DNA of 59,952 nucleotides, the filler included, from Sphacelaria rigidula (lineage: Eukaryota): assembly GCA_964200075.2 (NCBI GenBank). It is 9 parts of 9 records of this genome, joined end to end, with 100 filler letters (N's around TTAATTAATTAA, not from the genome) between each part and the next. Parts side by side here need not be neighbours in the genome. Positions count along the whole stretch, not along the records: positions 20,020 to 26,592 come from CAXNAA020019284.1; positions 26,693 to 33,264 come from CAXNAA020019285.1; positions 33,365 to 39,936 come from CAXNAA020019286.1; 6 more parts are not named here. One strand, given 5' to 3'. The notes below the pieces were generated by a model. It was not told the origin of the DNA. It did not search any database and saw only the letters and a list, made by a program, of their open reading frames with translations. Below are positions 24,297 to 35,990 of the stretch, piece after piece. Numbering within the stretch: position 1 is the first letter of the stretch; every line of letters begins with the position of its first letter. The position numbers were made by a program, and so were the translations under genes.

Positions 24297-25121
24297 CTTA
24301 CCACCAACAAGGTCAGGGCCATCTTCAGATAACGTGGATTGGTCAGGATTAGTTGGACTGGCCGTGAAAACGGATGGCGGGTGATCCGCGGGGGTTCGAA
24401 GGTATCGGTAGACCTCGTGGGGGGCTTATCCGATCGTGAAGGGCAGCGTAAATCATGATTTTGATCAATCTCGTAAATCACTGGCTTGGAAGTACAAGGA
24501 TCATTATTGAAGAGAGATTGCTGCGGAGTGCGACAGGGGTCATCGGTGGAGGATGCGGTACCGTCTGAAAGGTCCGATTTGGATGCCTCTGGGATGCCTG
24601 GCAATGTCATCGAGCTCAAAGTCGCCGCTTTTTGGGGAAAATGAGGTCGGACTTTTCCTCTGACGGGAGGGGGGCGTGTCAATGCTCGCGCTTTCGTGGG
24701 GGCATGACGACGAAGCTTTCTCTCGTGCCATGACAAATGACTGGGAACTTCCAAGACTTCTTGGGAAACTGCAACTGCGTCCAATTGAGGTGATGTTGTC
24801 AACATCGGGGCATGCTCCGCCGAAACGTGTGGACTATCCGCTGGCAAGCTCGGTACAAAGGGCACTGCTGAATGTGAAAGGGGACGAGTGTTGTCCGCTG
24901 TATGTCGGGGTAGTTTCGCGGAAGAAGAGTGTCGCGAAAAACGACTACGATCAGGTCGGGCGGGAGCCGAAGGGTTTGAAGTGGTCAGTTTCGAACCATC
25001 AACAACAAAACCAGGTGAAGGAAGTCTACTACAACCGGTGCGTGCGGTCGTTGAGGGAAGCCTGTGCCTCAAGAGTCCGCGGTCGGTCTTCCCACACGAC
25101 TAATGCCGAGATAGCGACTAA

Positions 25122-25594
25122 TGCCGAGATAGCGCCCCACAAAAAGCGCACTGGCACCATGCGACGAACCGGCTGCGATCCCACTTTTGGGCTCGTTTGC
25201 AGCAATTTCGCCCACATGAGAGGCGTGTAGCAGTCCGAAATCAGCTATAACGTCCACATCAGTCGCGTCGTGCAGCACGAAACCAGCTTTAACGGCAGTA
25301 ATAATCATCGCCTCCGTGTGTGCACGTTTTTGGCCGGTTTGAGGGGGGCTATCTCGGCAGCAGTCTAGCCCCCCCACGAAAAGTGCACCGGAGACCGTCC
25401 GACAAACCGGCTGCGATCCCACTATTGGGCTCGTTTGCAGGTATTCCACCCACATGAGAGGCGTGTAGCAGTCCAAAATAAGCTATAACGCCCAAATGAG
25501 TCGCGTCGTGCAGCACAATACCAACTCTGACGGCATTTATGCTCATCGCCTCCGTGCACGTTTTTGGCCGGTTCGGGGGGGGGGTATCTCGACA
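25122..25594. repeat. Two tandem ~235-bp units with short TIRs (MITE dimer)
   Basis: Units 25122-25359 and 25366-25594 align. Unit 1 termini are TGCCGAGATAGC and GCTATCTCGGCA. Confidence 0.75.
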
Positions 25595-26429
25595 GCAATC
25601 TTAGTTCTATGCAATATTTAACGTTTGAAGAGTCAGGGTCGGGGGTTCTTGCGCACACACACACATATATATATATATACAAGTATATATGTATATATAC
25701 ATGTATGTATTACCCACGCATGCTCACGCCCTGCGTTTGGTTCGAAAGCCTCAGTCATCACCTTAGATAGCTCGCAGGGCTGCTACAAGAGTGGATTGAA
25801 AATGCTCTTACCTCGGGGTCGGTCCTGGTGTCGTATGTGACGCTCGGACTGCCCCGGACGGCGTCTCAGCAGGCGCCCGGACGTTGCATCCTATGAGTTA
25901 GCCCTGGGGATCCTCCACATCTGCCACGAGTATATGTACAGGGGGGTGGTCGGGTGGGGAGTTGAACAACAACACTTCTGATCGAGTGTGTCATCTACCC
26001 TGCCGTTTTCGTGTTGTCGCCTCCCGTGGCGACGGAGGTATATGTTCTCTGTCGTATGTAGCGGTCGCGGCGTCCTGTCGTGATACTTAAGTACAACTAC
26101 AATTGAGAAGTCGAAATCCATGTCCATGTCAACGCTGGAAATCTCGATCCGCGCCAGACGTTAGCTACTTGATTCCGGGTGTCAGGTTACTAACTTGAAT
26201 TCCAAAGATTGGATATTATCTGTATCGGTTATGAAACTATGTTATATCTGATGAGTAGAAGATGGAAGATCCGGCACGAGCGTAATGTTTGTAGTAGACC
26301 TAAGGAAATGTTGTCCTGAAACGGCCTCAATGAGTAGGGCAAGTCATTCCAAGGCGTCAATATCCGCCAAGCCCTCTCTTCAGGCGAAAACCGACGGAGA
26401 AGGGCCGAAAAGGCAGTTTTGAACAAAAA

Positions 26430-26592
26430 AATTGAACGGCTCCCATTTTCTTCTTTTTCCTCACACTTTGCACCCCTCCCCTTCCTCAGGATGGGTCCGT
26501 GGTCTGAAGGGATCAAGCCGCGTCTCTCCCCCGGTACGCGCCTTTCACTTTGGTCTCGCGGATTGGGTCAGCACTCCCGCACCGCGTCAACT
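26430..26592 (-). mobile_element. SINE family B, 3' part cut by the contig end
   Basis: Its reverse complement AGTTGACGCGGTGCGGGAGTGCTGACCCAATCCGCGAGACCAAA... matches 43637-43790 and 55120-55270. Confidence 0.8.
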
Positions 26593-26907
26593 NNNNNNNN
26601 NNNNNNNNNNNNNNNNNNNNNNNNNNNNNNNNNNNNTTAATTAATTAANNNNNNNNNNNNNNNNNNNNNNNNNNNNNNNNNNNNNNNNNNNNGTTCCACC
26701 CCTCAAAAAAGGGGGGGGAATGGCGGTTCCAGCCAGCTCTGCAAGCTCACAGAGTCGGTTAATTGCGCTGAAAAAGTATCTACGCGATCGAGGGGCATTA
26801 GACCGACAAAACGTCATTGGGCACCATCGCTGAGCGTGTGGGAAAAACACTGTTTTAGGCTTAAACCTCATCTCGGAGTTAAACCTCAATTCGCAAAAAT
26901 TGTTGTT

Positions 26908-28322
26908 AAGAGTCATTTCAATCATGTGGAAGTAGTTTATGAAATCGAAGTGGGTTGTTTCTATAGCTGTTCCGAAATTCGGTACATACATGTTGTCATT
27001 ATGCTGGGTGACGTCTCTGCAGACGGCAGTCAGTAGAGTAGAGCAACGGCAGCTCCAGATTACAGCATTGACGCGCCCCTCAGCACCACGCTAGCAACAG
27101 TCAGGTCACAACCATAGACATATGCTTCCACTCCGCGTGTCAAGAAGGTCTCCACAAGTGTTTCATCTCTCTCACACACACACCCCAACTGGCCTGTGGC
27201 ACGCTCTCGTGGTCGGGCGCCTAGATGGTCACAAGTCGGGTAAAATCAACGATGAATGACACCCCCTCAAGTTCAAATTGGATCTGTTCTTATTGCCGCA
27301 GCACCGCCCTTGCTGACATGCGTGTGACAGAGAACAGTAGTAGCGGTGACGGGAACATTGCCCTGTTTTTCAACGACATGTTTTTCAGTGCACAGAGGCG
27401 CGTCCTGTCCAAAAGGGGAGGCAGAGAGAAATCGATGTTCGCATTGGTGAGCTCCACAGGCAGGAAGAGACGACATCTCTCCGCACCTCGATGTTCTTTG
27501 GGGGCTATGCGCAGCAACATAACAACATGCGTATCGGCGCATGAGAAATTCGGTACATGCTGGTAACATCGATGATGCGAGTCTCTCGAGCGATTGGTAA
27601 TCGCCGAGCGAGGGCACACAATGGACACGGGCAGGGAGCTTCCTCTCTGTCGTTGCTTCTCTCTCTGGTGATATCGTCGTCGACACGCGTGTACACCGCA
27701 TTCGTTCTGTGCACCTAGCCACGACTGATTCACTGCTGCAGACACTTGGAGGGAAAGATGGTTTCGCTCTGTGTAACTGTGTTGCGCCATCCCTACCAAA
27801 CTGATATGCCACTTGAACCTCACGTTTGAGATCGACCCCATTTTCCAGGATCCACTGTTATATTATGGCAACGGGCTAAACTAGGGCGCGGGGAATGTGA
27901 ACTTATTTGATGACCCCATTTTGTCATCAAACCGGCTGGGTACACTATACAGTACCCTATTATTGGTTCATGAGCGTACGCCATTTTGTGCTTACGTACA
28001 TACCTTTTTTTGTTCATTGGTGACCCTCCTGCGAGCTTCGCAGAGGACACGTCGACCAACCCTGAACACCCGCCCCCATTTTGTCAATCCACCCTTTGCT
28101 GAGAAAGCCGAGTAGCCCGATAGCCAAGACACTTTGGCCTCTTGTTGGTTGCTCCACAGACTGAACAGATCTGACATGTGTTCTGGGGGTGAACGCTTAT
28201 GTGAGGGAGATCCCAAATATTCCAGGGTGTGTGAAAAGTCTTGCCGTCACACGTCCGCACATCAGTATGTGGAAGGGTCAGAGCCTAACGGGATCTGAGG
28301 TTTGTGAATCGGGACGAATCGT
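26908..28322 (+). repeat. Left copy of a large diverged inverted duplication (blocks A ~26908-27855 and B ~27900-28322)
   Basis: Block A is reverse-complementary to ~32348-33252 and block B to ~29394-29830. Opposite-strand ORFs share peptides such as ISNVRFKWHISL and SLPPLLDRT.LCAL.N.SLKNRA.FPSP. Confidence 0.88.
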
Positions 28323-29393
28323 TATTATAATCAGCTGTTACCGAACGGATTGCAGCAAATTAAAAACCGTATTGCCCATTATCTGACGTACTGCTGAGGA
28401 AATGCAATACAAATATCTTTCATTTGCGAAAGGAGTAAAGCACCACGTGCTCCAGCGCTTCGGTCGGTGCCGCGTTCGGACTGTGTTTCGCAGCAGCGCA
28501 ACGATTCAGCTTGCCCTTCACAACACCGCAAAATATTCACCAAAACTGAGGTGCACGGGTGGCCACTGGTATACGTTATTCGCATTTTAGACGATCTCTT
28601 AATTTATGCTACGTCATGAATGGGTTCGAAGACGTGCGTACAGAATATGATCGGCTGGTGATCGCATGCGTTCTCGGGTCATGTAACCAGTGTATACCCG
28701 ATTATGTCGTCGAATATGTGCTTTGAAACCTTCTTGCTGTAAGCATGTCGTTTAACTTTCCAACAATCCCAACTCAAGACATATCGAGAACTAGTGGGCG
28801 AGGGGTTTGCAAATAGGGCCCGACGCAAAGTGTGTATTGGCAGGCCTCAAGTTGACGCCTGCGGCGTCTGTGTGAACAAAAACCCGTTCCTCGCACGGTG
28901 AGAATCACTCGGAACTGTCAACCCCACCATATATTCGAACCTCGATGTCCACGCTCAAATCAAGTAGTATCCACCGCGAGTAGAATGGCTCCGAACTGGG
29001 ACAAACTCTCCCGCAAGAAGGAGGCCGAAAAGAAGGCGACCTACCAAAATCCACGCGTGCAGCCGGCGCGTGAGATTACCCTCCTTTAGTTTTGAGGACC
29101 TGCTTTGCAGTGATGATTAAAAAGTGTAGTAGTGCATGCATGTTTTAAAGTGAATACATTACAACGTATGGAGGACCAGATCATATCTCTCTCTCGATTC
29201 TACCCTTGGGGAAATTGGGCCACGGCCCATTGCCGCTGTTTTGCATAGATGGGCACAGAGCGATAGGGGAATAACGCACAAATACGCATGTGCACATAGC
29301 AGTTACACGAGAAATTCAATGATATTTTGGACGAAGCCAGGAACACAGCCGTACATATCCGATTCAAGCAAGCAGGGAACGATCCGTCTCCGT

Positions 29394-32300
29394 GACGATT
29401 CGTCCCGGTCCACAAACCCCAGATCCCGCTACGCTTTGATATCTCAAACTATGAAGTGCGTGTGACGGCAAGACTTCTCACACATCTGTAGATCCTCGTG
29501 ATCTCCAGCACATGAGCGTTCACCCCCAGAACACATCGCCGGATCTTTTTTAGTCTGCGGAGCAACCAGCAGAAGGCCAAATGTCTTGGTCATTGGGTTT
29601 TTCAACCTTTTCGGCAAGGCTGTGATTGACACAACAGGGTCTGTTCTGGGCTGTTCGGTGTGCCCTCTGCGGAGCCCGCAGGAGGGTAATCAATGAACAA
29701 AAAGTGGGTATGTGTGAGGACACAAATGGGGTACGCACATGAACAAGGTGGGGGCATTATATAACGTTTTGCATGAGAGTGGGGTGTAACCCACTGGTTT
29801 GTTAACAAAATAGGGTGATCTGATGAGCTCACCTTTTCCGCATCCATGTTGAGCCTGTTACCATGCATCGAAAACAAAAGGTTGTGCATACTGCTCGAGT
29901 ACGTTGGGCGCGAGGCTGAAGCGCTGGAACGTGTTTAAGAGCTGCCCAGCCCGCGTGCAGCGCTGCGCCCCGAACCGATAAGGTCGAACCCTTTGTTGTT
30001 GCTGAAACTCCAGGATATACCCAATTTTGTCAAGTACCTCAAAAACTATGTAACATTTTGCCTGGCGGCACAGACAGAAAGTCACGCGGCACGAAGTTTT
30101 CTGATTGACAAAAAAAGAGGCTACGCTACTGCAGAACTCGTGAGATGACGTCACTCTCAAACTTCCGAATCATATCAACCACACGCGTGTCTGCGGCGGG
30201 TTTTTGTGTCTGTTCAGGGTAGGATGCTTGGTAAGACCCACGTGGTGTCGGCCGAAGCTCAGAAGAGGACGAAGCAGCTCGCCCGATTGGAGCAAAAAAT
30301 TATCGCGTTGCTTGTCAAGGGTAACGACATGGCCAAGCGAAGGTGATACCGAAATGGTCGGTTTACACAACAATTTGTGATAAACGCTATGAAGCAGTTG
30401 CCTGGAAACCACACCTTTTCCATTTCGTTGTTGCACATTTACTGATTGCCGAGGGACCCAATCACTCTCACAACAAAGTAGACGCACTCAACGTGAGCCA
30501 AGCGGAAGCTCTGCTAAAGAAAAATGAAGGCAAAAACAATTAAAAGATGGAGCAAGCGAAAGGAATGGACTGATAAATAAAATGAAAGGCATCACCGATT
30601 GTTCAACGTTTCCCATGAACTATGCGTTCCCCGATCGAGTGATTTCCATTTGTGTGAGGGATGTAGTTCCTACGTAAGACCAGGAACCACGTGGCATGGA
30701 ATACTGTTCGTGCCTTCTAAAATTCAGTAGTGCTTCATCTCATGCATGCTGTTGCATATCGTGTACTGTGCAACACCAAGCCTGACTAAAAACAAGTTGG
30801 CATTGCAGATATAGATTGCGCTTTTCATCCGCACCAACCATCACCGAAGAAGACGGCGTACTGGTCAAACGCCGGTGAACACTGGATGATCCATGTCCTC
30901 CATTCAAGCCACGATGTATTATGATTCTGCAGCTTCGTCACCTGGCGATAGCGTTGCTCTAGTATAAAAACGATTTTTTTTCGCAAACACGTTCAATTGT
31001 CACGTTAGTACGCAGCACGATCATATGAAAAACGAAGAAGATCAATCTGGAAACAAGCCATTACTAACGCTGAGGCCGGATGTTATGGCACACAGAGTTT
31101 TGCCCCACAGATTGTTCACCTTTGGGACCAACCTTCCGACCCCCAAATAAAAAAAACCGTCAACACACTTCTCGGACAAACTGGCGGGGGTCGGCAAGCA
31201 CAGAGGTTTGCGCACGGATTTTTGTTCACCGGCCTATCTCGAAACCTCGAAGCCAAGGGAATCTGAAAAGCAGACTAGGCTCCTCTCTGTGGGGTGATGG
31301 AAAGTGTCCGAGACGTGCGCTGGCGGTTTTCTTGATCTGGGGGTCGAATGGTGGGTCAAACGTCCCAAAGTTGAACAATCTGTGGGCCAAACATCTGTTT
31401 GCCATAATATCCGGCGTGACGAGCCGATGGCAGTGCTGCCTGACAAGCAATGTGCGAAGGCAGGCAGGCACCTGTGTATTACATTTCCGGCCTGCGGAAC
31501 CCCCGGTCGTCAGTTGTGAGACTGCCTACAAAGGCTACCAAATGAAAAACTACGGTACAGCTGATGGCGAAGGATATTCTCATTCGACAGATGTCTGCAG
31601 GAAATTTCCGAGGATGCTCCATGTCGTTATTGGGAAACGCCGTGCAGTCTAGTCAGTAAAAGCACTTGCTATCGAGATTTATCGAGGAAAAATGTACGCC
31701 TGATTGCACTTTGCCGGTTCCCTTCTCAAGGCTACTCTCTGTTCGAGAAGGTAAGTGGGAGATGCGATGCTGACAACTACACTATTGAAACTCGTGTCGA
31801 AAGACCAAGCGCTACATATGTCTACCTGTCCATCTGTCTGTCTATATGTCTGTCTGTCTATCTGCCTGTCTGTCTCTGTCCCTTTCATACACCTAGTCAA
31901 AAGGCCTCGAGTCTCGTCTACTTTTGTCTGAACTATTTGCTACCACCATCAATATCACTACAACAATGCTGTCGGGACGCCGATTTTCCGGCAATACTGT
32001 GACAGCGTTTAGCACTACTATATACATGATACTTCTGTCACCAATTGTCAGGGAAGCGCAAGATAGGCGTCGGGGCCGGCACACCGTCAAAAAGAACGTG
32101 ACTAGAGGCTCGAGACCGGGGCAACTAGGCCCGCACTACACACTTCAATCTGTCATGGAGTTTAGGGGTGAGCTTACCCTAGTCTACCCGTATGTTTATT
32201 TCCAAGTTAGACGCTCAACGGTTTTGAAGACCACTTTTTCCTGATGACTCGGTAATGATGGTTCGGAATCCCGGGAATAATCTTGTCTTAATGGTAAGGG

Positions 32301-33252
32301 CAGTTTGTGGGCTGCCACCACTCGTCCGCAGTGGATCTATAAGGAACAGTGGATCTGTATTTTTGGGGTTGATCTCAAACGTGAGGTTCAAGTGGCATAT
32401 CAGTTTGGCGGGGATTATGCGAAACGGTCACACAGAGTGAAACCATCTTTCCCCCCAAATGTCTGCAGCACTTGAGCAGATGAGACTAGGTGCACGGAAC
32501 GAATGCGGTGTACACGCGTGTCGATGACGACATCATCACCAGCGAGAGAAACAACGACAGAGAGGAGGCTCCTCGCCCGTGTTCTTTGTGTGTCATCGCT
32601 CGGCGATTACCAATCGCTCGAGAGACTGGCATTATGCACATCACCAGCATGTACCGAATTTCTTGCGTGCCGATGGGCATGTCATTTTGCTGCACGGTCC
32701 CCCGAAAAGCATCGAGGTGCGGAGGGATATCGTCTCTTCTTGTTTGTGAAGCTCGCCAGTGCAAAGATGGATATATCTCTGCCTCCCCTTTTGGACCGAA
32801 CGCACCTCTGTGCGCTGCAGAATACGTCGTTGAAAAACAGGGCGGTATTTCCGTCACCATACGAGTGCTTCCATGCTGCAATCTGGAGCACACACCCGCT
32901 GCGTGAACACCGCGGTACAGTACAGTAGTTTTCCAGAACTTTCATGTGAGGAGGTCATGCATTACAAGCTCGGACGAAATATCCATGAGGAACAAGAGTG
33001 CACTATGATCAACCACTTGATTTGACACCCCCGCCATCAACCGCCGACCGCAAAGGTCTTGTGGCTCTCAAGCAACGCTGTCGGCAGTACAGCAGGCACA
33101 CCCGATCATAGCTAGCTTTCGTTGCTCTACCGTACTGACGGTCGTCTGCACAGTAGTCACCGTACTAACATGCATGCACGGAATTTCACAACAGCTGTAG
33201 AAACTAAACAGTTCGATTTTCTCAACAAATCCCACACAATTTAAAGGGCTCT
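29394..33252 (-). repeat. Right, longer copy of the same unidentified element, with ~2.5 kb extra between blocks B' and A'
   Basis: Inverted homology to 26908-28322 at both ends. Confidence 0.7.
31074..31414. mobile_element. ~340-bp MITE with ~100-bp imperfect TIRs
   Basis: GCCGGATGTTATGGCACACAGA...CCCACAGATTGTTCACCTTTGGGAC versus GTCCCAAAGTTGAACAATCTGTGGG...TCTGTTTGCCATAATATCCGGC. TSD not resolved. Confidence 0.78.
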
Positions 33253-33416
33253 CGAGAGCTGAGGNNNNNNNNNNNNNNNNNNNNNNNNNNNNNNNNNNNN
33301 NNNNNNNNTTAATTAATTAANNNNNNNNNNNNNNNNNNNNNNNNNNNNNNNNNNNNNNNNNNNNGGTTTTCGTGTTCTTTGTGTTGGTGGGTGGGGGGGG
33401 GGGTGGGCGGGTGTTG

Positions 33417-33451
<35 letters not shown>

Positions 33452-33743
33452 ACCGTTCGAAAGAGCCATGCGTAAGTTCTACTGCAGTTGATATGCGGAA
33501 GCAATTAACCACTCGATCACGCAGGTCATCGCGCCACTTGCTCTTTGCTTCTGGTGTCGTTAGCAAATTTTCAAGACACAGCTTGAACTGAAAATATTGT
33601 GCGACAACACACAAAGTGAAGTAGGTAATTGTTATTCATAGCCCATAAATGCGATGTGTGCTGTGTCTTCTTTTCCTTGTGTTGTGGTTCTCCCCTGGAT
33701 TTTCAGTGTTACTCACGGTTGATATAATTTGCCTGAACTGCAG

Positions 33744-33905
33744 GAGCGGAGATCGGCACTTGTCAAGAAGCGAGCGGAGGCTCGCGCACGTGGTGAATCC
33801 GAGGAACCGTCTGCTGGGATGCGGGCTAAGGAAAAGATGGGCGCTGTTGGTGCTGCTGCGACCACCGCAGGTACCCGGTTCAGCATCGAGGAGGAAGCTG
33901 CGCAG
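33744..33905 (+). CDS. Penultimate exon of an uncharacterised protein
   Basis: CTGCAG acceptor, GTATGC donor, 54 codons ERRSALVKKRAEARARGESEE...FSIEEEAAQ, phase 0 at both ends. Confidence 0.7.
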
Positions 33906-35096
33906 GTATGCTCATTGACGCCTACGATTTATTTTGATCGCGAGGAATTGAGAACGGCTTCCGAGTAGAAAATGCGCGTGCTCCGTCCACCTTCCTAGGT
34001 GTGACATTCCAGCCGTTTCCGCCTAAATGTCCCGACTAATGCTCTATTTTACATAGATATGAACACAACCATACACCTCAAGCATTCTCAGCGGAGACCA
34101 AACCGTGTTCGCAAGGTCTAAACACCCCATAGAACAGTGATACTTACAGCACATATGAGACTGGACGTGAGTGTGTTTTTGCTGCAGTGCAGTGAAACAG
34201 GAGATGTCCCACGTTTTTGTTTTAGTTCTTCGGTTGATTTTGAACGGAGTCCTCAGTGTTTGCCGGGTGCCAATCTTGAACGCTCGACCATAATGGCGCT
34301 TCGCGCAAATAATTTAATTCATTACAAAATCATCCTCATGTATGGGTGCTGTGCCGAAAACCTCGGTTGCAGCTGCCCAAATATTAGGCGCCTCCAACCC
34401 TTCGTCTGGAAAGTTTTTGGAGGACCTTCACCTCAGGAATTTTGGTACTTTTCAACCTCTCCACCTGCCCCCGCAGAGGTCGCTCTAGCATAATGGGGGA
34501 CTACACTCAGTTGATGAGTCTTAGTCGAAAGGATTCAGTGAGCGATATTTTACCCATGGCGGTAATATGTCACGCACAAGGTGTCTATGATAACGTCTTG
34601 TAGTATTAGTAACCCAGGCATTTCTTGTCCTCTGGTCCCCGAGCACGTTACTACGTGCGCGGCATAGCCTACCTGGCGTTGTCGACTATTCGTCGTTGAA
34701 CAGCATCACACACGCGAGCGGTCTCGTTTTCAAAACCTCACGTGTGTTCCATCGTAACACATTCGTCCCACTCACGCATCCTCACATGCTATCGGAACAA
34801 CTTAGAAGGACACGTAGCTTCAACGGTACATTCGGGTTCCTGCATGCTTTTCGTTTTACAAGACGTCTCTCGGCTGAACTCAACGCACCCACGCACACAC
34901 CTGACCTGTTGTGAAGAATGTTCTTGCACTACCCCTACCGTCAGGATCCTCCCATCCCTCTAACTCCAGTGTTTTCCAGTCGTCCCAACTTGAAACGGTC
35001 CGGTTTTGTTTTGAACGTTCACCGCTTTTCCGTTGTCGTCTTTGTTCCTTCGCCATCATTGCTCCCAATGACCGAAATATCACTAATCTTCTCCAG

Positions 35097-35990
35097 TCCG
35101 GTCGTGTTCCAAGCGCAACCTCGGCGACCTCGGCATCTACAGCAACCGCGAGCGGAAACCCTTCCTCCGCCCCCTTCACTGGAAACCCGGACAGCGGCGG
35201 CGGGATAACCGACGACGATCTACTGGCGCAACTAGCGGAGGCCGAACTAGGCGAGGACGACTTTTTGGGGGGTGTCAACCTTGAAGATGACGATAACGCC
35301 TCCCGCACACCCGGACTCTCTTCATCTCCCGCAACAACCACGAGGGATTCTCGTGCTGATGCGGGCGGTGGGGCTTCTTTTGAAAAGGGGAAATTCTCCG
35401 GGGCGGCGGATGTAGATGGGTTATCGTCATCGTCTGCACTGCCGCGCAAGGAAGAAACCATGGGCATCGATGACCCGTCCTGTGTTGGTGTTGAGGGTGG
35501 AGGTGGAAGTACTGCAGGTAAAGTGGGTAGTGGTGGTGGCGAAGTGGATGGTGGGCGCGCACCTCCAGCAGAACAACAATCAGAAACCAATGGGCTGGAT
35601 GCCACAAGGGCGAAGACGAAAGAGGCAGGAGCGCCATCGTCATTGTCGACACCATCAGCAGCACCCGCGAGTGCCGCAACTAGCGAAGACTCCTCGAAAC
35701 TCGCCCCACAATCTGCTGCGACGGAGGAAGGGGTCGGCAAGGGAGTGGGAGGGGGCGCTAACGTCGTGTCTGGCTCGCTCGAGGATGAACTGAGTCAACT
35801 TGAGGAGCTGGAAAGAGAACTTGGGATCATGGGCGTGGGTGGTGCGGGTGAGGGTGGTGGAGTCAAAGCAGGTGAAGCTGGCGTAGTTAAGTCGGGTGGG
35901 GGTGTTGGAATGGAGGCGAGCAAGGATGACGCGTTCGACATGGACAATTTAGACGAATTGGAAGGGTACTTGGAGAGTCTCGCAAAGTAG
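35097..35990 (+). CDS. Terminal exon of an acidic, Gly/Ser/Ala-rich, largely disordered protein
   Basis: CTTCTCCAG acceptor, 298 codons including the TAG stop, coding-like composition, with acidic helical motifs DDDLLAQLAEAEL, LEDELSQLEELEREL and DNLDELEGYLESL. Confidence 0.8.
   Translation, partial: SGRVPSATSATSASTATASGNPSSAPFTGNPDSGGGITDDDLLAQLAEAELGEDDFLGGVNLEDDDNASRTPGLSSSPATTTRDSRADAGGGASFEKGKFSGAADVDGLSSSSALPRKEETMGIDDPSCVGVEGGGGSTAGKVGSGGGEVDGGRAPPAEQQSETNGLDATRAKTKEAGAPSSLSTPSAAPASAATSEDSSKLAPQSAATEEGVGKGVGGGANVVSGSLEDELSQLEELERELGIMGVGGAGEGGGVKAGEAGVVKSGGGVGMEASKDDAFDMDNLDELEGYLESLAK

Larger units (their letters stand above)
20020..25095 (-). mobile_element. Ty3/Gypsy LTR retrotransposon internal region, decayed and truncated; no LTR visible
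   Basis: Domain order protease-RT-RNase H-integrase on the minus strand, with frameshifts and stops. Confidence 0.95.

Noticed and set aside
26693..33264. Contig 5 as an intact Polinton or linear virus bounded by TIRs
   Set aside because: The arms are visibly diverged with private indels, and no polB, capsid, ATPase or integrase is seen.
34880..35740. 286-aa minus-strand ORF (similarly 49486-50310 and 24676-25230)
   Set aside because: These are antisense shadows of GC-rich coding sequence on the other strand.
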